64,000 nt of DNA, from contig CAYSCJ010000007.1 in NCBI GenBank assembly GCA_964429515.1, positions 741 through 64,740 on the forward strand, in the 5' to 3' direction. The DNA comes from an uncultured Taibaiella sp. GTDB taxonomy: Bacteria; Bacteroidota; Bacteroidia; Chitinophagales; Chitinophagaceae. This document shows positions 39,053-48,937 of the stretch, piece by piece. Position 1 is the first letter of the stretch; each line of letters opens with the position of its first letter. The notes beneath the pieces are model-generated. The model saw only the letters and a program-made list of their open reading frames with translations, was not told the DNA's origin and searched no databases. The translations under genes were made by a program, and so were the position numbers.

Positions 39053-39799
39053 ATGCGATACCTCTATGCCTTATATGCTATGCTTAGCTTTTTACTGCTT
39101 TTTTTGGCTTTATTTCCGCTATTCTTGCTTTTCGGACTTATGGGTTTCAAAAAGGGCATTTGGTATATCATACATGTATGGAGCATTTTGTGGCTAGCCA
39201 TGATTGGTATGCGCACCCAAATCATTAATGAAAACAAGCGGCCTTTTACTTCTCATAATGGCTATATACTATTAGCCAATCATCAATCGTATATGGATGT
39301 ACCACTTATTTTCAGAGCCATTCCCATCATGACGCGAACCCTTGCCAAGGCCGAGCTTGCAAAAGTGCCCCTATTTGGTTACCTATACCGGCAAATGACC
39401 GTTTTGGTAGACAGAAGTAACCCCGTGAGTAAGCGTAAAAGCATTATGGACCTAAAGAAACTCATTAGAAATGGAGAAAGCGTGTTTATCTTTCCCGAAG
39501 GCACCTTCAACGAAACCTCCAAAACGATGATACCTTTTTATGATGGTGCTTTTAAAATAGCTTTAGAGTCGCAAAGTAATATATTGCCCATTCTGTTTTT
39601 AGACTCTGCAGATAGATTTAGCTATAAAAGCATTTGGCATTGGAGTCCAGGAAAAAACAGAGTGATAATACTGCCCGAAATAGATGTTAGTCAATACGAC
39701 GTTACAGACATCAAGCAACTCAAAAAAGATGTGTTTAACATCATGAGCAGGGCAATGCACCGATACAAACCCCATTTAGAACTGGCAATAGCCCAATAA
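39053..39799 (+). CDS. plsC: 1-acyl-sn-glycerol-3-phosphate acyltransferase
   Basis: Acyltransferase motifs NHQSYMDV (HX4D) and FPEGT. Confidence 0.85.
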   Translation: MRYLYALYAMLSFLLLFLALFPLFLLFGLMGFKKGIWYIIHVWSILWLAMIGMRTQIINENKRPFTSHNGYILLANHQSYMDVPLIFRAIPIMTRTLAKAELAKVPLFGYLYRQMTVLVDRSNPVSKRKSIMDLKKLIRNGESVFIFPEGTFNETSKTMIPFYDGAFKIALESQSNILPILFLDSADRFSYKSIWHWSPGKNRVIILPEIDVSQYDVTDIKQLKKDVFNIMSRAMHRYKPHLELAIAQ

Positions 39800-39816
39800 A
39801 TTTGCCTATAAATAAT

Positions 39817-39824
39817 TACCTTTG
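39817..39824 (+). promoter_or_regulatory. Candidate -7 box for the M20 dipeptidase gene
   Basis: tacctttg, 50 nt upstream of ATG 39875. Confidence 0.4.
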
Positions 39825-39874
39825 ACAACTAATACTGCTCAAATCTTTAACTTATAAAAACAACACATTAGCTT

Positions 39875-41236
39875 ATGCAAGTTTGGAAAGATTATATAGA
39901 ACAAAACAAAGATCGTTTCTTGAATGAACTGTTAGACTTACTAAGAATACCATCTGTGAGCGCAGATAGCCAATATAAAGAAGCTGTAGCCAATTGCGCA
40001 GAGGCTGTAAAAATGCACCTTCTGCAAGCTGGCTGCGACATAGCCGAAGTATGTGCTACAAAGGGACATCCTATTGTTTATGGTGAAAAAATAATAGACC
40101 CTAGCTTACCTACCGTACTCGTTTATGGCCATTATGATGTGCAGCCTGCCGACCCAATTGAACTGTGGACTTCTGGACCATTTGAGCCCGAAATTAGAGA
40201 TGGTAAAATATATGCACGTGGAGCTTGCGATGATAAGGGTCAATTTTTTATGCATGTAAAAGCATTGGAAGTGATGGCTAAAACCAATACCCTAGCGTGT
40301 AATGTAAAGGTGATGATAGAGGGAGAAGAAGAAGTGGGTTCTAACAATTTAGGGCAATTCCTTATAGATAACAAAGAGCGTTTAAAAGCAGATGTGGTGC
40401 TGGTTTCAGATACTTCAATGATATCAATGGAGCACCCGTCTTTAGAAACCGGCCTGCGTGGCTTAGCCTATATGGAAGTTGAGGTAACGGGCCCTAACAG
40501 AGATTTACACTCTGGAGTCTATGGCGGTGGTGTACTCAATCCTATCAATGAACTTTGTAGAATGATAGCCTCTTTACATGACGATAAAAAACGCATCACA
40601 GTAGAAGGCTTTTACGATAAAGTAATAGCATTAAGCGAAGCAGATAGAGCCGCTATCAATGCTGCACCTTTTGATCAAAAAGAATGGAACGACGAACTAG
40701 GGATAGCACAAGAAGTTGGTGAAGATAGCTATACTACACTCGAAAGAACAGGTATACGCCCTACTCTTGATGTCAATGGAATTTGGGGTGGTTATATTGG
40801 CGAGGGTGCTAAAACCGTTTTACCTTCTAAGGCATTTGCTAAAATCTCTATGCGTTTAGTACCTAACCAAGTGTCTACAGAAATATCCGATTTGTTTGCA
40901 GCTCATTTTACTAAAATAGCAAGTCCGGGTGTACAAGTAAAAGTGACTGCTCATCATGGTGGCGAACCTGTGGTAACACCTACTGACAGCAAAGCATACC
41001 AAGCAGCAGCCAAAGCGATTACTACTACTTTTGGAAAAGAACCTATTCCTACCAGAGGTGGTGGCTCTATTCCTATCATCGCTTTATTTGAAAGCATATT
41101 AGGATTAAAAACTGTACTATTAGGATTTGGTTTAGACAGCGATAACATCCACTCTCCAAATGAAAAATATGATGTAGCAAATTATTTTAAAGGCATAGAA
41201 ACCATTCCTTTCTTCCACAAATATTTTGCTGAATAA
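39875..41236 (+). CDS. M20 family dipeptidase
   Basis: Motifs GHYDVQPAD, GACDDKGQ, EGEEEVGS and the C-terminal HSPNE are typical of M20/M25/M40 dipeptidases. Confidence 0.85.
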   Translation: MQVWKDYIEQNKDRFLNELLDLLRIPSVSADSQYKEAVANCAEAVKMHLLQAGCDIAEVCATKGHPIVYGEKIIDPSLPTVLVYGHYDVQPADPIELWTSGPFEPEIRDGKIYARGACDDKGQFFMHVKALEVMAKTNTLACNVKVMIEGEEEVGSNNLGQFLIDNKERLKADVVLVSDTSMISMEHPSLETGLRGLAYMEVEVTGPNRDLHSGVYGGGVLNPINELCRMIASLHDDKKRITVEGFYDKVIALSEADRAAINAAPFDQKEWNDELGIAQEVGEDSYTTLERTGIRPTLDVNGIWGGYIGEGAKTVLPSKAFAKISMRLVPNQVSTEISDLFAAHFTKIASPGVQVKVTAHHGGEPVVTPTDSKAYQAAAKAITTTFGKEPIPTRGGGSIPIIALFESILGLKTVLLGFGLDSDNIHSPNEKYDVANYFKGIETIPFFHKYFAE

Positions 41237-41277
41237 TTAATGATTCTATACTGTAAGTTATTTTTCAATACATAAAA

Positions 41278-41310
41278 AGAGGCTGTCTACTTTATAGGCA
41301 GCCTCTTCTT
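41278..41310 (+). terminator. Terminator of the M20 dipeptidase gene
   Basis: agaggctgtc-tactttata-ggcagcctct, then tctt. The T-tract is weak. Confidence 0.55.
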
Positions 41311-41411
41311 ACGTATCTTAATCTTACTTCTATAATCGTAACTCCAATTTTTATCGTGACTTAAACTCAAGCACACTATTACTCCATATTTTTTATAATT
41401 GCATTACAACT

Positions 41412-42047
41412 ATGTTCAAAACACTACAAATTTTATTCTTGCTTTTCATTTCTCCAATTTTATTAAAAGCGCAATCTACAATTGTATTATTTAAAACCGA
41501 CTATGGCAATTTCAAAGTCATGCTTTACGATTATACGCCAATTCACAAATCTATCTTTTTAAAAGAAGTTAAGAAAGGAACCTATAAAAAAGCCTTATTC
41601 AACCGCATTATTAACGACTTTGTGGTACAAGGAGGTGAGCACGATTTAGATATTGCAGCCAAAGAAAAAGTACAAGGCTATTTGGAGCCACGTGTAGCTC
41701 CAGAGTTGGATGATCGTGCTTTTCATAAAATAGGTGCCTTAGGAGCAGGACGCGATGATAATCCTCAAAAAGCATCTTTCATCAATCAAATCTATTTTGT
41801 AGTAGGCAAAGCGTACACTGAAGCTAGTTTTGATAGTATGACAGTAAAGTATAATAAACAATTCACCCCAGAGCGTAGCGCTTTCTATATACAAAATGGC
41901 GGCTTACCAAGACTAGATGACGATTATACAGTTTTTGGTGAAGTAATAGAGGGGTTAGATGTATTGATAACAATAAGCCAATTGCCTGTAAAAAATTTAA
42001 AACATTTCCCAAAGCGAAAGGTTAAATTCCGTGTAGAGGTTTTGTAA
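41412..42047 (+). CDS. Cyclophilin-type peptidyl-prolyl cis-trans isomerase (secreted)
   Basis: Signal peptide, FNRIINDFVVQGG, GALGAGRDD and YTVFGEVIEGLDVL. Confidence 0.85.
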   Translation: MFKTLQILFLLFISPILLKAQSTIVLFKTDYGNFKVMLYDYTPIHKSIFLKEVKKGTYKKALFNRIINDFVVQGGEHDLDIAAKEKVQGYLEPRVAPELDDRAFHKIGALGAGRDDNPQKASFINQIYFVVGKAYTEASFDSMTVKYNKQFTPERSAFYIQNGGLPRLDDDYTVFGEVIEGLDVLITISQLPVKNLKHFPKRKVKFRVEVL

Positions 42048-42219
42048 ATAAGCATAATGTCATTGTTGACGAGTACTAACAACTGAAACAGGGCTTCTAA
42101 TAGTTCAAATCACTAGAGTATCAAATGTTAATTATCTAGTTACACCAAATGGCGAAAACTAGTTATCCTAAATACCTGTTAAGGATTCTGACTTGAAATG
42201 ATTCATTAAACTTAATTTT

Positions 42220-42227
42220 TAAATTTG
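42220..42227 (+). promoter_or_regulatory. Candidate -7 box for the EGF-like lipoprotein gene
   Basis: taaatttg, 25 nt upstream of ATG 42253. Confidence 0.45.
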
Positions 42228-42252
42228 CAATTATTTTAATTTTATTCATATT

Positions 42253-42837
42253 ATGAAAAGATATTTTTTAACTGTAGCTATAGCTATTTTAACGGCTGCC
42301 ATACTGTTGGTTTCTTGTGGCAAAAAAGTGGAAGATAAATGTTCTAATGTCATCTGCTATAATGGTGGTACTTGTATAGACGGCACTTGCGAATGCCCGG
42401 TAGGATATGAAGGAAATGATTGCGCTAAATTAACAGCGGCAAAATTCATTGCATTATGGAAAGGTGATTATACCTCTGTAGATATAGGTAATAACTACAC
42501 CAACAAAGGTGAGGAGCACTTTAGAATTGAGTCTACTACAGATGATAAAGTTCTAAGATTAACCAGTATTACAAATAATACATATTTCTATTTAGAAAAT
42601 GTAGTTTGCGAAATTACCGGTCCTAATACTTTTAAGATAAGAGAGAACCAAGAACATATTTATACATATAGTGAATGGGAAAGGACCATACGGGTTATAA
42701 AAGAAGGAAGTGCTACTTTGGACGATTTGGGTATTAAGTTAATAGTAAAAATGAAAATTAGAACTACTTATCAAAGATGGGACCAACCTGATTCTGTTAC
42801 CGAGTACGATTTCACAATAGAACTTGATAAGCAGTAA
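42253..42837 (+). CDS. Lipoprotein with N-terminal EGF-like Cys-rich module, otherwise uncharacterised
   Basis: Lipobox LLVSC followed by CSNVICYNGGTCIDGTCECPVGYEGNDC (six-Cys EGF-like spacing). A TAAATTTG -7 box lies 26 nt upstream. Confidence 0.6.
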   Translation: MKRYFLTVAIAILTAAILLVSCGKKVEDKCSNVICYNGGTCIDGTCECPVGYEGNDCAKLTAAKFIALWKGDYTSVDIGNNYTNKGEEHFRIESTTDDKVLRLTSITNNTYFYLENVVCEITGPNTFKIRENQEHIYTYSEWERTIRVIKEGSATLDDLGIKLIVKMKIRTTYQRWDQPDSVTEYDFTIELDKQ

Positions 42838-42893
42838 TGACATTTCTCCTTTTGGGGGCGTTTTTCGGTAACAATTATAAGTTTATTGATTGT

Positions 42894-42928
42894 AAACGGT
42901 TGGTACATTTGTACCAGCCGTTTGTTTT
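42894..42928 (+). terminator. Hairpin terminator after the EGF-like lipoprotein gene (copy 1 of a duplicated 30-mer)
   Basis: aaacggttggtac-attt-gtaccagccgttt (13 bp with one G-U), followed by gtttt. Confidence 0.65.
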
Positions 42929-43022
42929 ATAATTCAGATGTGCATCTATTAATATAGATCTGTACCGCCGTTGGGCATTTTGGGAGTTGTGGAGCTGTTT
43001 TAGGCTCCGGTTTGTAGAATCT

Positions 43023-43592
43023 TTACCAATCGTTCTTTGCTTTGGTTTCCTCATCACTATGGCCCATAGCTTTTTTAAAGGACGCTATAAACTGAGATAA
43101 TTTTTCGTTGCTATGTTGCTTTAAATATTTTCCATGTTTGTTGTCCTTCAATTCTTCGTAACTGTAATTTTCTCTTGTAGTTCTTACGGGGCTGCCGGAT
43201 GCATATAATAAGTAAAACATAATATTGTCTATACGTATCTTATATCTGTCATCCTTACACCAAATATGAAACTTGAAATCAAATGCTCCGGTTTCTAAAA
43301 TAGAAGTAAAGAAGTTTTTTCTATCAACTTTGATAACACCTGTATTGACTGCTGAGAAATCAGCTTCATTGAAAATGATATTATTATCTTCTGTTTTCAT
43401 ATTTGCAATAATCCAGGTTTTAGCTCTTTTCAGTAACTCCTCTTTTGTGATGCCTTCAGCGCTGACAACTTCTTCATAATAAAAGGCGCCTGTTTCATTA
43501 TCCTTGACAAGAATTGGTTTTGTTTCCTGTGCGTTTAATTGACCTGTAGTCAAGAATAAGAGAGGCAATAATAGGTAGGATAAAAATTTCAT
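43023..43592 (-). CDS. Secreted DUF4468-like protein (unknown function)
   Basis: Signal peptide MKFLSYLLLPLLFLTTGQLNAQ. The body resembles my memory of DUF4468 (TBP-like fold) proteins (KEELLKRAKTWIANM...FKFHIWCKDDRYKIRIDN). Not verified. Confidence 0.55.
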   Translation of the reverse strand: MKFLSYLLLPLLFLTTGQLNAQETKPILVKDNETGAFYYEEVVSAEGITKEELLKRAKTWIIANMKTEDNNIIFNEADFSAVNTGVIKVDRKNFFTSILETGAFDFKFHIWCKDDRYKIRIDNIMFYLLYASGSPVRTTRENYSYEELKDNKHGKYLKQHSNEKLSQFIASFKKAMGHSDEETKAKNDW

Positions 43593-43794
43593 ATAATATA
43601 AATCTGGATTAATTATAACTATGTAAAGGTAAAATAATTATTCTGTTTCTTACAAATTGTTATTTTGTACTTCTGATTGTAATAGCACTTTTCGGGAAAA
43701 GTATCGAAGGTTAAGTACGTTGACATTGAAGTAAACTCAGCTAAATTTTAATAAATACTCTTCCTTGTTGGTGCTCTTCTTCAACTCTCTGTCC

Positions 43795-43826
43795 AAAAAA
43801 ATGGCTGATACATTTGTACCAGCCGT
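43795..43826 (-). terminator. Rho-independent terminator of groEL (copy 2 of the duplicated 30-mer)
   Basis: Minus strand: cggctggtac-aaat-gtatcagcc (9 bp including a G-U), followed by seven U. It begins 32 nt after the groEL stop. Confidence 0.8.
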
Positions 43827-43828
43827 TT
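43799..43828. repeat. Second copy of the 30-nt hairpin repeat (first copy at 42894-42923)
   Basis: aaatggctgatacatttgtaccagccgttt versus aaacggttggtacatttgtaccagccgttt. Identity is 27/30, the last 20 nt are identical, and the orientation is the same. Confidence 0.7.
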
Positions 43829-43857
43829 ACAATATTTATAAAAGATTATAATACCTA

Positions 43858-45504
<1,647 letters not shown>

Positions 45505-45561
45505 TTAATGAGTTATTACTATAAATATTGCTTGATTTAATAATACAACGTAGTGTGTACA

Positions 45562-45834
45562 CTAGATAATTGCAAAAATGTCGGTTTCGCGCATTATCAA
45601 TAAGGTTTCACCATCTACATTAATTTCTGTACCGCTGTGTTTACTGTACATTACGGTATCTCCTACTTTCACAGTCATAGGTTCGTCTTTTTTACCCTTA
45701 CCTACTGCTACTACGGCACCACGTTGAGGTTTTTCTTTGGCAGTGTCTGGGATAATGATGCCACCTGCTGTCTTAGTTTCCGCTTCTGCTGGTTTTACGA
45801 TTACTCTGTCGTGTAATGGAGTGATGTTTGCCAT
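45562..45834 (-). CDS. groS: Co-chaperonin GroES
   Basis: [36 protein letters not shown]. 90 aa, ending 72 nt upstream of groEL. Confidence 0.98.
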   Translation of the reverse strand: MANITPLHDRVIVKPAEAETKTAGGIIIPDTAKEKPQRGAVVAVGKGKKDEPMTVKVGDTVMYSKHSGTEINVDGETLLIMRETDIFAII

Positions 45835-45880
45835 AACGTTTAATTATTAAATAGATTAAGTTAAAAATAATTTTGAAATG

Positions 45881-45901
45881 GATACCGACTGTTGCGGTAT
45901 C
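45881..45901 (-). promoter_or_regulatory. Hairpin / inverted repeat in the groES upstream leader
   Basis: gataccg-actgttg-cggtatc (7-bp perfect arms), 47 nt upstream of the groES ATG. Confidence 0.35.
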
Positions 45902-46063
45902 AGTATACTAGTTGCAAATTGTTTGCCAATTGCTCATTTCGTCATTTTTGGCAGTAAAAGGTAAAATTAGCGGTAGAAGGTGGCAGTTTTTTAGGCAAGT
46001 AAGCTTCATTACAGTCAGTAAAATGTTACAAAATGTCAGTTATTCATTTTCGTTTTGGCGCTT

Positions 46064-46161
46064 GGCGTAGTAGATACCGACGGGCTTGCCGGCACATTCT
46101 TTTAGTTGTGGAGTTAAGGAGGGTGGGCGTAATTAGGCTACATAGTCGTCCTGCCAGCACA
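46064..46161. repeat. Two related ~35-nt direct repeat units in a GC-rich non-coding patch
   Basis: Unit 1 is 46064-46096 (ggcgtagtagataccgacgggcttgccggcaca). Unit 2 is 46126-46161 (ggcgtaattaggctacatagtcgtcctgccagcaca). They share the head ggcgta and the tail tgcc(g/a)gcaca. Confidence 0.45.
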
Positions 46162-46213
46162 TATTGGCATTTTTACCCTGCGGCTGAAACTTTCATACTT
46201 TGTACTATCAACG

Positions 46214-48760
46214 CTAATTGAACATTTTAAGGCTATCTTCTTGCTCCATTCTTCTGAGTTCGATTTCTTTCAAGCCCGTTTTTCGAGGATCCCAATTGAG
46301 TTTTATTTTACCGTTTCCGTCATCTTGCGCTCGCAAATTCAACACTAAGCCTTTCATCCTTTTAGCCGATTTTCCTTGTGCAATAAGCGCTTCATCCTTT
46401 TTGGGGTTTCGGAGCGGTATTTCTAAAGCAATATCTGTACCCCTATCTATGCCATACACGCCTTGTACGCGCATATAAATAGCAGAAGATATAATTTCCA
46501 TCGGCGGGATGGTGATGAGCCCCTTTTGTAATTGCAAAGTATTAGACAATTCTTTAAACCTTACATGCGCTAGATTTCTACTTTTGAAAGCATATTTTTG
46601 TATTTGCAGTAGGGGTGTGAAATTGTGTAGTTCGCCATCCTGTAGCTTAAAGCTTATGTTGCCTTGCAGCGAGCGTTGCATTAGGCTACCAAATTCATCT
46701 ATTCCTCCGGCTACTGCTATATTTCCATTAAAACGGCCTTTTAGGTTTTCGGCGGTAATGCCTTCCAATCCAAAATTCTCGAAGGCTGTCATTAATGCTG
46801 CAATATCTACCTGCTCAATTTGAGCATTCACCTTAAAGGGATTGGCCTTATATTTTTGCTGAATACTTCCATCCACCCGAATATTGCCACCAGCATGATT
46901 GATATTTACATTTCGGAGCGTAAGGCCCGAAGCCAATAAATTCACTTCTGCTCGAATATTGGTAGCATTAAATTTTCTATAGTTCACCTTATCTATACGC
47001 ACATCGAGCATCATATCGCTTTGAGCCAGCGCCTTATCGAGCTGTTCGTTTATTTTCACGAAACGCACTTTACCATCTGTCGCTCCTGCTGCACCTGTTT
47101 TTCGGGCCACCAAAAACGACTTAAATTCATCGAGGTTAATTTGCTTGCTTTTTATATCGATATCAAAAAGTGCTTTATTTGCGTCGTTAAAATAGGCACT
47201 CAGAAAGTTTTTGCCGATACCATCGAGGTGCAGCGAGGAGGATTTACTTTCCAAATCGACGGTATGAAATATTACGTCTTGATCGTCAAACTGAATGGTA
47301 GCATTACAATTATCAAACCTTAGGTTACGGGGCAAATAGCTAAGCGATGCATTTTTAATATATACATAACCGTTCATGGAACGAGGAAAGGTGTCGTCGG
47401 GTGTCAGCGGACCCGAATAAAAAATATCTAAATCTGCAATGCCATTTTTTAAATTAAATGAGCTGCCTGCAAGTTCATCTAAGCGTTCTACAGGAAAAGA
47501 GGATTTAATTTTACAGTATATTTTGGGTTTTGCAAAATCAAGCACATAAGAAGCATCTAAAACCATAGGGACGCCCTCTAGCGCACCATTCATCTTGTCG
47601 ATAAAAATGACGGTATTATCATTCCCATAACCGGCTCCCGCTTTAAACCGGTTGGTGAATCTGCCCTGCACATTTGCATTGTCGATGTCGCCAATTGGTA
47701 TGGTGATGGCATTATTTTTTATAAGAAAATTTACCACGACTACAGGCGTATCTGGATACTGTAATTCACCATTGATGGTAGCATAAATATCAATAGGTTT
47801 GCGCACTTCAATAACTTTGAGTTTGTTTGCAATATGTTTGCTCAACATAGCCCTACTTTTTGAAAAGTCAATACCCTTGCCATCTATAACTAGGGTGTAT
47901 TCTTTATTATCAGGAGCAAAATTAAACTTACCCGACACTACTAGGGGCATACCATCGGCTTTCAATCGTTGATTGGAAACTTCTAATTGATTGTCTGCTA
48001 CATTAAAGGTTGCCCGCAGGGGACCCTTCACTTTAGTATCGGTTAAAAAGCCACCTTTTTGGAGATTAAAACCCAACTGACCGATAGTTACATCTATATT
48101 CACATTAAATTCCAGAGCATCTTGTACCACCTTTAGGTTGCCATCTATTTCGTGAATATCAAGTTCGAATTTTTTGTTTCTTAGAAAATTATCAAATACA
48201 AAATTTACATTATCAATAGCATAATCAGCCACTTCCAAACGAAAGTTACCGGGTTTCTTAACAGCAGATTGAGGCCTGGTAAAAACTTCAACATTAGAAT
48301 AATTATTGGTATCCTTAAACATATATACGGTACCATTAGCTAGGAAAACCTTACTGATTTTGGGCTGTTTGCTCAGTAAACTCAAAGGCTTAAGGCGCAC
48401 ATACACATCCTTGAAATAAAACAACTTTTTTTGGTGAACTACATACAAACTATCACTAAGGCTTACGTGTTTTAAGTGTATGGCCAAATTTGGAAAGGTT
48501 CGCCATAGCGCCACATCTATATCTTTTACTTCCAGTTGCCCTCCATTCAAATTTTCGACTACAAGGCTGGTCATTTGCTGCATAAGCACTTTCTTGTTGC
48601 TATTTACGTACCAACTTATCGCTACAAAAACTGCAATTAAAAACACACCTATCGTTAGCAAGCTAAGTGTGAGTATTCTTAGCCACTTGGGTATAGAAGA
48701 CCAGTTGCGTGCGGTGGTTATTTTATTTTTCAAGTCTTTAAATGACATCTTTGGTAGCAT
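46214..48760 (-). CDS. AsmA family outer-membrane biogenesis protein
   Basis: 848 aa with a single N-terminal TM anchor (LRILTLSLLTIGVFLIAVFVAISWYV), then a long beta-rich periplasmic region typical of AsmA/TamB-like proteins. Confidence 0.7.
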   Translation of the reverse strand: MLPKMSFKDLKNKITTARNWSSIPKWLRILTLSLLTIGVFLIAVFVAISWYVNSNKKVLMQQMTSLVVENLNGGQLEVKDIDVALWRTFPNLAIHLKHVSLSDSLYVVHQKKLFYFKDVYVRLKPLSLLSKQPKISKVFLANGTVYMFKDTNNYSNVEVFTRPQSAVKKPGNFRLEVADYAIDNVNFVFDNFLRNKKFELDIHEIDGNLKVVQDALEFNVNIDVTIGQLGFNLQKGGFLTDTKVKGPLRATFNVADNQLEVSNQRLKADGMPLVVSGKFNFAPDNKEYTLVIDGKGIDFSKSRAMLSKHIANKLKVIEVRKPIDIYATINGELQYPDTPVVVVNFLIKNNAITIPIGDIDNANVQGRFTNRFKAGAGYGNDNTVIFIDKMNGALEGVPMVLDASYVLDFAKPKIYCKIKSSFPVERLDELAGSSFNLKNGIADLDIFYSGPLTPDDTFPRSMNGYVYIKNASLSYLPRNLRFDNCNATIQFDDQDVIFHTVDLESKSSSLHLDGIGKNFLSAYFNDANKALFDIDIKSKQINLDEFKSFLVARKTGAAGATDGKVRFVKINEQLDKALAQSDMMLDVRIDKVNYRKFNATNIRAEVNLLASGLTLRNVNINHAGGNIRVDGSIQQKYKANPFKVNAQIEQVDIAALMTAFENFGLEGITAENLKGRFNGNIAVAGGIDEFGSLMQRSLQGNISFKLQDGELHNFTPLLQIQKYAFKSRNLAHVRFKELSNTLQLQKGLITIPPMEIISSAIYMRVQGVYGIDRGTDIALEIPLRNPKKDEALIAQGKSAKRMKGLVLNLRAQDDGNGKIKLNWDPRKTGLKEIELRRMEQEDSLKMFN

Positions 48761-48893
48761 ATTCCTATTGACACTAAAATTACATTTTATTGAATTAAGA
48801 TTGTTTAATTTACCATTTGTTTAATAAAAATTCGGGCTTTCAAATGAAATATTTTTAATCGAAAACCCCATTCTTACAATGTTGATTATACCG

Positions 48894-48901
48894 TACCTTT
48901 G
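48894..48901 (+). promoter_or_regulatory. Candidate -7 box for cysS
   Basis: tacctttg, 36 nt upstream of ATG 48938. Confidence 0.45.
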
Positions 48902-48937
48902 TGGGTTACATATTTATAGTATACAAAAAACAACACA

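Noticed and set aside
42875-43057. 60-aa highly basic minus-strand ORF
   Set aside because: It starts inside the 3' end of the DUF4468 gene in another frame and runs through terminator and repeat sequence. Nothing supports it.
45835-46000. CIRCE heat-shock operator upstream of groES
   Set aside because: No TTAGCACTC / GAGTGCTAA half-sites are present on either strand.
46033-46221. 62-aa plus-strand ORF in the asmA-groES spacer
   Set aside because: It is Arg-rich, has no promoter box or family resemblance, and overlaps the asmA stop. I treat the region as non-coding repeat or RNA sequence instead (see findings).
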